A stretch of 64,000 bases of DNA from an uncultured Desulfarculus sp. (lineage in GTDB: Bacteria; Desulfobacterota; Desulfarculia; Desulfarculales; Desulfarculaceae), in contig CAXXUK010000002.1 in assembly GCA_963665125.2 (NCBI GenBank), forward strand, positions 384,001 to 448,000. The letters are read 5' to 3'. Both the position numbers and the translations under genes were made by a program. Position 1 is the stretch's first letter, and every line of letters begins with the position of its first letter. The notes beneath the pieces are model-generated. The model searched no databases, had not been told where the DNA came from, and saw only the letters and a program-made list of their open reading frames with translations. Positions 57,087 through 64,000 of the stretch are shown here, piece by piece.

Positions 57087-58172
57087 ATGGCCCGGCTCAA
57101 CGCCGACACTGCAATTGATTTGCGGACCGGCCCCGGTATCGGGGCCGGAGCCATGCTTTTTATCTTGGCAGCGGCCCTGGTTGGCCTGGCTTTTTACGCC
57201 ACGTCCTATGGCGCATATGACATGAGCCTGGCTCAGATCAGTTCCGTGTTGCTGGGCCGGGGCAGCGCGGCCCAGGAGGCCGTGTTGTGGCAGGTGCGCC
57301 TGCCGCGAATCGCGGCGGCCATCGTCACCGGCTGGGGCCTTGGGCTCTCCGGCTTGGCCCTGCAAACCCTGCTGCGCAACCCCCTTGCCTCGCCGTTCAC
57401 CCTGGGCTTCAGCCAATCGGCGGCCCTGGGCGCGGCCCTGGCCATCGTCTGCCTGGACGCCGGCTCCCTGCGGGCCAGTGCCCTGCATACCGCCGCGCCG
57501 GGCCAGCTGATGCTCAGCGGGCCCTATGTCATCACCGCCGCGGCCTTCGCCACGGCCATGGGCTCCAGTCTGTTGATCCTGGCCCTGGCCCAGATCAAGA
57601 AGATGTCGCCCGGTTCGGTGGTGCTGGTGGGCGTGGCCCTGTCGTCGTTGTGCTATTCGGGTACGGTATTGGTGCAGTATTTCGCCACCGAGACCGAGAT
57701 AGCCGCAGTCTTGTTCTGGACGTTCGGCGACGTGGCCCGATCGTCGTGGTACGAAATAGGCCTGCTGTTGATACCGGTTCTGGGGGCCACGGCCTATTTC
57801 ACGGCCAGGCGCTGGAGCCTCAACGCCTTGTTGGCCGGGGAGGACACAGCAGGCAGCCTGGGCGTAAATGTCGAACGCATGCGCCTGGTGGGGATGGTGA
57901 TCACGACCCTGGTCATCGCCATGGCCACGGCCTTTCACGGCGTCATCGGCTTTTTGGGCCTGTTGGCCCCGCACATCAGCCGGATCATCACCGGCGGCAA
58001 CCACAGCCTGCTGATTCCGTTTTCCTGCCTCACCGGAGCGCTGCTTTTATTGGCCGCTGATACGGTGGGCCGGATGGTCCTTGGTTCGGGTTCGCTGCCG
58101 GTGGGCGTAATTACCTCGTTCATGGGCGCGCCGCTGTTTTTGTATCTGCTCATGAAAAAACAGGAGCGCTGA
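57087..58172 (+). CDS. FecCD/BtuC family ABC permease
   Basis: VRLPR, QTLLRNPLASP, GEDTAGSLGV, IGFLGLLAPH, LPVG...GAPLF. Confidence 0.93.
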   Translation: MARLNADTAIDLRTGPGIGAGAMLFILAAALVGLAFYATSYGAYDMSLAQISSVLLGRGSAAQEAVLWQVRLPRIAAAIVTGWGLGLSGLALQTLLRNPLASPFTLGFSQSAALGAALAIVCLDAGSLRASALHTAAPGQLMLSGPYVITAAAFATAMGSSLLILALAQIKKMSPGSVVLVGVALSSLCYSGTVLVQYFATETEIAAVLFWTFGDVARSSWYEIGLLLIPVLGATAYFTARRWSLNALLAGEDTAGSLGVNVERMRLVGMVITTLVIAMATAFHGVIGFLGLLAPHISRIITGGNHSLLIPFSCLTGALLLLAADTVGRMVLGSGSLPVGVITSFMGAPLFLYLLMKKQER

Positions 58173-58936
58173 TGCTCAAGGTGGAAGACCTGCATTTCAG
58201 CTACAACGGCAAGCCCGTGCTGCAAGGCATTGACTTTGAGCTGGAGCGCGGCCAGACCATGGCCATTCTGGGCGTCAACGGCGCCGGCAAGTCGACCATG
58301 CTGCGCTGCCTGAACAGGGTGCTGAGGCCCAAGAGGGCCACGGTGTTCATAGATGGTCAAAGCCTAGCCGGGCTCAGCGGCGCGGCCCTGGCCCGGCGCA
58401 TGGGCTATGTGCCCCAGGAACGGGCCCAGTGCGAACTGACCGTGCGGGAGATGGTCATGCTGGGCCGCAAACCGCACATGAAATGGGGCCCCACTGCGGG
58501 CGACGAGCAGGTCGTAGACAGCGTCATGAAGCGCATGAACATAGAGGGTTTTGCCCACCGCCTGGTGGACAGGCTCAGCGGCGGCGAGGCCCAGAAAGTG
58601 GTCATCGCCAGGGCCCTGGCCCAGGAGCCCGAGGTGTTGCTGCTGGACGAGCCCACCAGCAACCTGGATCTGCGCAACCAGCTTGAACTGATGGACCAGC
58701 TCACGGCCACGGTGAAAAAAGACGGCCTGTGCGCGGTGGTGTGCCTGCATGACCTGAACCTGGCGCTGCGGCACATGGACCGGCTGTTGCTCATGAAAAA
58801 CGGCAAGGTGCACACCTTGGCCGGGCCGGGCGAACTGAGCCCGGAAATCATCCGGGACGTCTACGGCGTTGACGTGCAGATCCTGCAATCCGACAGCGGA
58901 CCGGTCATCGTGCCCGTTCAGGCCATTGGAGAATAA
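58172..58936 (+). CDS. FepC/BtuD-type ABC ATPase
   Basis: GVNGAGKST, LSGGE, LLLDEPT, LHDLN. Confidence 0.93.
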   Translation: MLKVEDLHFSYNGKPVLQGIDFELERGQTMAILGVNGAGKSTMLRCLNRVLRPKRATVFIDGQSLAGLSGAALARRMGYVPQERAQCELTVREMVMLGRKPHMKWGPTAGDEQVVDSVMKRMNIEGFAHRLVDRLSGGEAQKVVIARALAQEPEVLLLDEPTSNLDLRNQLELMDQLTATVKKDGLCAVVCLHDLNLALRHMDRLLLMKNGKVHTLAGPGELSPEIIRDVYGVDVQILQSDSGPVIVPVQAIGE

Positions 58937-58937
58937 A

Positions 58938-60047
58938 ATGAAATATTCTGGCAAGTTGATATGCCTTATTGCCTTGTCGGCCGTGTTGCTGCTGGCTGGC
59001 TCTGTTTGTGCCGCTGATACCATTACGCTCACCGACAGCGCCGGAAGAAAAGTGGCCATAACCCAGCCCGTGGAACGCATCGTCTGCCTGGGTCCGGGCT
59101 GTCTACGGCTCATCGTCTATTTGCAGGCCCAGGACAAGGTAGTGGGCGTGGAGGCCCTTGAGGCCCGTTACCCCGGATCACGGCCCTATTACATGGCCCA
59201 CCCCGAGATCGGCAAACTGCCTGTCGTGGGCCCCGGCGGCGTCCCGGCCATAGGCGGCCTGCCTGATGTGGAAGCCCTGTTGAATGTCCGGCCCCAGGTG
59301 ATCTTTGCCACCTATCTGCACCCGCAAAAAGCCGAGCAACTCGAAGCCCTCAGCGGCGCCAAGGTAGTGCTGTTGGATTACGGACCATTCGCCTCGTTTG
59401 ATCCGGACGTCCTGTTCCAGAGCCTGCGTATAGCCGGCAAGGCCCTGGGTAAGGAAAAAAGGGCCGACGAAGTCATCGAGTACGTCAACTCCTGCCTGGC
59501 CGACATGAAGCGCCGCACGGCGGATATAGCCAAACCGGCCCAGGCCTATGTGGGCGGCATCGGCTTCAAAGGCTCCCACGGCATAGACAGCTCCGACGCC
59601 GGTTACGTGCCCTTCACCTGGCTGGGCATCGACAACGCGGCCAAGGGTCTGGGCAAGGGATCTCACTGCTTTGTATCCCAGGAAAAGCTGATGAGCCTGA
59701 ACCCGGAGATCATCTTCGTGGACACCGCCGGGCTGGTCATGCTGGAGGGCGACTATGACAAGCGCCCTGAGTATTATCAGTCCCTGGCGGCCTTTAAAAA
59801 CGGCAGGGTCTACACTCTGCATCCCTTCAACTGGTACACCACCAACCTGGGCACCACCCTGGTGGACGCCTACGCCATCGGCAAGACGGTATATTCTCAG
59901 CAATTCGCCGATGTGGATTTGACGGCCAAGGCCGACGAGATATACCAGCACCTGGTGGGCAAGCCCTTGGCCGGACAAATGCTGGAAGTCTACGGCCCCT
60001 TGGGACAAAATCCATCATTCATCAAGATGCCGGAGCAGAGCAAATGA
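58938..60047 (+). CDS. Iron-chelate/cobalamin-class periplasmic binding protein
   Basis: Signal peptide, TDSAGRKV, PVERIV, EALL..PQVI, AFKNGRVY. Confidence 0.9.
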   Translation: MKYSGKLICLIALSAVLLLAGSVCAADTITLTDSAGRKVAITQPVERIVCLGPGCLRLIVYLQAQDKVVGVEALEARYPGSRPYYMAHPEIGKLPVVGPGGVPAIGGLPDVEALLNVRPQVIFATYLHPQKAEQLEALSGAKVVLLDYGPFASFDPDVLFQSLRIAGKALGKEKRADEVIEYVNSCLADMKRRTADIAKPAQAYVGGIGFKGSHGIDSSDAGYVPFTWLGIDNAAKGLGKGSHCFVSQEKLMSLNPEIIFVDTAGLVMLEGDYDKRPEYYQSLAAFKNGRVYTLHPFNWYTTNLGTTLVDAYAIGKTVYSQQFADVDLTAKADEIYQHLVGKPLAGQMLEVYGPLGQNPSFIKMPEQSK

Positions 60048-60652
60048 ACCAGCAAAAGGCCGAGTTCTTTGACAATCAGGTGAAAGCCCAATGGGCGGCC
60101 GAGGAATACGGCGCCGACGAAGCGCCCAAGCTGGAGCGCCTGCGGGCGGCCGCGGACATAAAGCCGGGCATGCATGTCCTGGAGCCCGGCTGCGGCACCG
60201 GGCGGCTGACCAGCCACTTGGCCGAGTGGACCGGCCCCACGGGCAGGGTCGTGGCCCTGGATATCAGCCGGGGCATGGCCGAGGCCTGCGCCCGGCGTAT
60301 TGAAAACTTGCCCCATGCCCGGGCCCACAACCTGGCCATGGAGGACCTGGACGCCGGTCCGGGGTCGTTCCAGCGTATCATCTGCCACCAGGTCTTCCCT
60401 CATTTCGACGACCAACACAGGGCCCTGGAGCTGATGGCCAGCCTGTTGGAGCCCGGCGGCCTGCTGGTGATCGTTCATTTCATTGACTGGGCCACCATCA
60501 ACGACACCCACCGCAAGGCCGGGACCGTGGTTGAAAAAGACCTGATGCCCGATTTCCCGGCCATTCGGGCGATGATGGAGCAGACAGGATTCAGCGTGAC
60601 CATGTTCGCCGATGATGCCTTGGGTTATCTGCTGCGGTCAGTCAAGAATTAG
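60044..60652 (+). CDS. Class I SAM-dependent methyltransferase
   Basis: VLEPGCGTG, LDIS, FPHF, LEPGG. Confidence 0.9.
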   Translation: MNQQKAEFFDNQVKAQWAAEEYGADEAPKLERLRAAADIKPGMHVLEPGCGTGRLTSHLAEWTGPTGRVVALDISRGMAEACARRIENLPHARAHNLAMEDLDAGPGSFQRIICHQVFPHFDDQHRALELMASLLEPGGLLVIVHFIDWATINDTHRKAGTVVEKDLMPDFPAIRAMMEQTGFSVTMFADDALGYLLRSVKN

Positions 60653-60796
60653 GTGAAATAGAACACGGAATTTTCAGCCTGCCTAAAAACGCCGAACTTG
60701 CCTCTTGATGTTATGTTACATTTTATCGCCGAAAGGTAAGTCGATGAGAAGTTGGCTTTGTCTACTTTGCTTGTAACATATACCGTGGGAGCAGGT

Positions 60797-61462
60797 ATGG
60801 ACGAGTCAAAAAAATCATATCATCACGGTGATCTGCGCAAAGCGCTTATTCAAGAGGCGCTCAAGGTTGTCGAAAAAGAGGGCATTGAAGCCGTGACCAT
60901 GCGCGCCCTGGGCCAGGCCACCGGGGTGTCTCGTACCGCCGCCTACCGCCATTTTGAAAACAAGATCGATTTGCTTTGCGCGGTGGCCGAAGAAGGTTTC
61001 ATCATTATCGGCGAAAGATACCAAAACATCATGGACCAAGCGGCCGACGACGGGTTGGCCAGCCTGGAGACCCTGGGCCGGGGCTATGTGGCTTTTGCCA
61101 TGGATTATCCCAACCTGTTCCGCCTGATGTTCGGCTCCGAACTGGCGGGGCACGCCCGCACGGATGCCCTGAGGGCCGTGGTGGACAAATCCATGGCTTC
61201 GTTTGTGCACACGGTTCTGCAATGCCAGGAGCAAGGCACCATCCAACAGGGCAACCCCCTGGCCCTGACCAGCATCCTCTGGGCTGGCATGCACGGCTTG
61301 GCCACGCTGCTTGTGGACGGCCAACTGCAAACCGATGAGCAAGCCCACGGCGTACCGATCCTGACCACCGACAAGGTCGGCACCACGCAAAAAAACTCCC
61401 AAAAGGTTCTGGACCTGATGGTTGGTGCAATCCTGCGAGGGCTGGCCCCCACTTCAGCCTGA
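60797..61462 (+). CDS. TetR family regulator (WHG-type C-terminus)
   Basis: YHHGDLR, GVSRTAAYRHF, YVAFA..P..FRLMF, WAGMHG. Confidence 0.92.
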   Translation: MDESKKSYHHGDLRKALIQEALKVVEKEGIEAVTMRALGQATGVSRTAAYRHFENKIDLLCAVAEEGFIIIGERYQNIMDQAADDGLASLETLGRGYVAFAMDYPNLFRLMFGSELAGHARTDALRAVVDKSMASFVHTVLQCQEQGTIQQGNPLALTSILWAGMHGLATLLVDGQLQTDEQAHGVPILTTDKVGTTQKNSQKVLDLMVGAILRGLAPTSA

Positions 61463-61552
61463 AAGCGTTTTGCCTGACCAATACCGCCACAAACCAGGCT
61501 GGCCGGCGGGGGGGCTGGTCTTGTTCGTTTGTACCTGATAATATAGCCATGT

Positions 61553-61568
61553 GATGCAATGGCGCATC
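61553..61568. promoter_or_regulatory. GATGC-N6-GCATC site upstream of the sigma54 activator gene
   Basis: GATGCAATGGCGCATC; same motif as three sites downstream of the gene. Confidence 0.7.
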
Positions 61569-61606
61569 AAAAGACAAGGCGACCAAGACCAGAACCAGGA
61601 CTCAGT

Positions 61607-63406
61607 ATGTCTTCATCCGGCCAGCCAAACCTTCCGGCCCTGGATATAGGCCCAAGCAAAACCTTGGCCGACAGCGCCAAGATGCTCCACGGCATCCTTG
61701 ACTTCATCTACAATCCCATAGTCGCCGTGGACCATGAGGGCCGCATCATTTTCTGCAACCGGGCCATGACCAACATCATAGGCAACAGCCTGGACGAACT
61801 GCTGGGTCAGCGGGTGGAGGATTTTGTCCACTATTCCCGGCTGCGCCAGATCATCCAGACCGGCAAGACCGAGTCGGTGCAAAAAATCGACATTGGCGGC
61901 ACGGTGTACATGTCCAACCGGACGCCGATCATGGATAACGTCAGGGTCGTGGGCGCGGTGGCCGTGTTGCAGGACATTTCAGAGCTGGCGGCAATCGCCG
62001 ACGAACTGGAGCAGACCAAGCGCCTTTCCGTGGAACTCGACGCCATCATCGAGTCGTCATTCGACGGCATCTACGTGGCGGACGGCAAGGGCCTCACCAT
62101 CCGGGTCAACAAGGCCTATGAGCGCATCACCGGCATCCGCCGCCAGGACGTGCTGGGCCGCACCATGGCCGATCTGGTGGCCGAGGGCTTTTTCAACGAG
62201 TCGGTCACCTTGCGGGTCCTGGAAAGCAGACGCCCCGAATCCCTTGTGCAGACTGTAAAAACCGGCAAGAAGCTCATGGTCACCGGCACGCCCATTGTCG
62301 GCGACGACGGGGAGGTGACCCTGGTGGTCACCAGCGTGCGCGACGTCACCGAACTCTACAACCTGCAAAGCCAGCTCGTGCAGGAAGAGCAGCTGCGCAG
62401 CAAATATGAAAGCGAACTCAAACAGCTGCGCAAATCGGCCAGCGAATCCAACCAGGCCATTATCCAATCAAAAAAAATGAAGGAAACCTTTGAGTTGGCC
62501 ATGCGCCTGGCCCAGGTGGACACCACCATCCTGGTGCAGGGCGAGTCCGGCGTGGGCAAGGAGATCTTCGCCGATCTGGTGCATGCCAACAGCCAGCGCC
62601 GGGACAATCCCCTTATCAAGATAAGCTGCGCGGCCATACCGGAGCAGCTTCTGGAGTCCGAGCTGTTCGGCTACGCGCCGGCGGCGTTTACCGGGGCCAG
62701 CAAACAGGGCAGGGTGGGCATATTCGAATCGGCCAAGGGCGGCACTATCTTTTTGGACGAGATCGGCGAGATGCCTCTTTCCTTGCAGGCCAAGCTGTTG
62801 CGGGTCTTGCAAGCCAAGGAAGTGATCCGGGTGGGCAGCAGCGTGGCCGTGCCCGTGGACGTGCGGATCATCGCCGCCACCAACCGCGATCTCAAGCAGA
62901 TGGTGGCCCAGGGCCAGTACCGCCAGGACCTTTTCTTCCGTCTCAATGTCGTGCCGGTGGTCATCCCGCCCCTGCGGGAGCGCAAGGAAGCCATCCCCAA
63001 CCTGGTTTACCACTTCCTGGAGCGCTTCAACCGGCAATACGGCTTCAGCAAGCAAATCGACCCCCAGGTCCTGGATAAATTGTACGGCTACAACTGGCCG
63101 GGCAATGTGCGCGAGTTGGTCAACACCATTGAGAGGCTGGTGGTCACCTGCCAGGGCGACGTGATCACCATCGACGATTTGCCCCAGCGTATGAGGGCCG
63201 CCAAGGACGTGCCGGCCTCCGAGCTGGTGGACGGATCCTTGCGGGCGACCCTGGACAAGGTTGAACGGCGGATAATCGCCGAGGCCCTGGAAAAGCACGG
63301 CTCCACCCACAAGGCGGCCAAGGCCCTGGGGGTGAACCAGTCGACAATAGTGCGCAAGATGCAGCGTTTGGGCCTGGCAAACGGAAGGGTGCCCCTGGGA
63401 GATTGA
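61607..63406 (+). CDS. PAS-PAS sigma54-dependent enhancer-binding protein
   Basis: GESGVGKE, ESELFGY..AAFTGA, FLDEIGE, RIIAATN, WPGNVREL, C-terminal HTH. Start ATG at 61607 preferred. Confidence 0.95.
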   Translation: MSSSGQPNLPALDIGPSKTLADSAKMLHGILDFIYNPIVAVDHEGRIIFCNRAMTNIIGNSLDELLGQRVEDFVHYSRLRQIIQTGKTESVQKIDIGGTVYMSNRTPIMDNVRVVGAVAVLQDISELAAIADELEQTKRLSVELDAIIESSFDGIYVADGKGLTIRVNKAYERITGIRRQDVLGRTMADLVAEGFFNESVTLRVLESRRPESLVQTVKTGKKLMVTGTPIVGDDGEVTLVVTSVRDVTELYNLQSQLVQEEQLRSKYESELKQLRKSASESNQAIIQSKKMKETFELAMRLAQVDTTILVQGESGVGKEIFADLVHANSQRRDNPLIKISCAAIPEQLLESELFGYAPAAFTGASKQGRVGIFESAKGGTIFLDEIGEMPLSLQAKLLRVLQAKEVIRVGSSVAVPVDVRIIAATNRDLKQMVAQGQYRQDLFFRLNVVPVVIPPLRERKEAIPNLVYHFLERFNRQYGFSKQIDPQVLDKLYGYNWPGNVRELVNTIERLVVTCQGDVITIDDLPQRMRAAKDVPASELVDGSLRATLDKVERRIIAEALEKHGSTHKAAKALGVNQSTIVRKMQRLGLANGRVPLGD

Positions 63407-63509
63407 TGCTTTTTTGCATCGATGCGATCATGCATCAAATCTCGGAAAGCGTAGGCCCGGCCGCGTGGTAAACCTTGTTCCGCCATAGAAATCGATGCAA
63501 TAATGCATC
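63405..63509. promoter_or_regulatory. Upstream activator sites: three GATGC-N6-GCATC palindromes
   Basis: 63405-63420, 63421-63436 and 63494-63509. Confidence 0.8.
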
Positions 63510-63674
63510 GTGAATTCCCGAATTTATAGTCAACGCGTTTTGGATCAGCCGGGTCAAAAAGGGAAACATCACCTTGCCCGGTTGCTGCGTTGATTCATAA
63601 TTGATTATATAAAACGACATGTTAACAGTATGTTTCGGGGCCGAAATCTGCCTTGGGCCTTGGGCGCGCGCATT

Positions 63675-63691
63675 TTGGCACTTTTGTTGCT
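63675..63691 (+). promoter_or_regulatory. Sigma54 -24/-12 promoter
   Basis: TTGGCACTTTTGTTGCT with GG-N10-GC spacing. Confidence 0.88.
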
Positions 63692-63800
63692 CTATATGCG
63701 GGCGGGCCCACGCAGGGCCTGATGCCCAAACCGGCTCCGGAACATTTAAACGTGACGCCCGTAGCAGTGCGCCCGTAACAATCTCAGGGGAGAATTCAAG

Positions 63801-64000
63801 ATGCCAATGATGACCGGTGAACAATACGAACAAAGCCTGCGCAAACTCAACTTGAACGTCTACATGTTCGGCAAAAAGGTCGAAAACGTGGTGGACGATC
63901 CCATCATCAGGCCTTCGATGAACGCGGTCAAACTAACCTACGAGTTGGCCCACAAGCCTGAATACGAAGACTTGATGACGGCCAACTCCCATCTGACCGG
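63801..64000 (+). CDS. abfD: 4-hydroxybutyryl-CoA dehydratase, N-terminal part (runs off the window edge)
   Basis: MPMMTGEQYEQSLRKLNLNVYMFGKKVENVVDDPIIRPSMNAVKLTYELAHKPEYEDLMTANSHLT resembles the AbfD N-terminus; SD GGGAG. Confidence 0.8.
   Translation, partial: MPMMTGEQYEQSLRKLNLNVYMFGKKVENVVDDPIIRPSMNAVKLTYELAHKPEYEDLMTANSHLT

Noticed and set aside
60713..60779. Inverted pair ATGTTACA...TGTAACAT upstream of the TetR gene
   Set aside because: The arms are about 50 bp apart, unlike a TetR operator, and could be chance in AT-rich DNA.
1..64000. Long antisense or alternate-frame ORFs (e.g. 40054..41889, 12977..14584, 54791..56512, 6358..8073)
   Set aside because: They are shadows of well-supported genes in high-GC DNA and have no motifs of their own.
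1..64000. CRISPR arrays, tRNA/rRNA genes (including selC), integrases, phage genes
   Set aside because: None recognised by eye; a tRNAscan/Infernal run would be needed to exclude small RNAs formally.

Overview
GC-rich chromosomal window from an anaerobic deltaproteobacterium, probably a sulfate reducer or syntroph; this is inferred from gene content, not from a marker gene. In order: yggT, cheX, a NUDIX hydrolase, selA, a degenerate GGDEF-TPR protein, an MBL hydrolase, a nadB-nadC-nadA-niaR operon, a PAS histidine kinase, a catalytically degenerate FadJ-like protein facing a FadR/GntR regulator, and speE. A small variable islet follows speE: a duplicated speE 3' end, a lipoprotein gene, and a TIR-like/Zn-ribbon gene split by an IS481 element. 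Next come a DUF35/Ltp2-like pair, a degenerate AcsA-like protein beside a Zn-dependent deacetylase, a ClC channel, an Mla/Mce ABC system, a metallophosphoesterase, and a [NiFe]-hydrogenase large-small-MCP operon. Then tandem Cys and Sec formate dehydrogenase paralogues, a SulP-linked phosphorelay operon, an HDOD protein, a TetR with an AbfD-like gene, a TonB/TrmO/ABC/methyltransferase uptake operon, a second TetR, and a sigma54 activator with the start of abfD. The strongest candidate for a new system is 32407-36446: a Tat-exported [NiFe]-hydrogenase whose large subunit lacks the C-terminal maturation extension, coupled to a chemoreceptor with a periplasmic c-type heme motif. This suggests an H2-sensing chemotaxis module. 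All calls come from reading the sequence and motifs by eye; no database searches were run.
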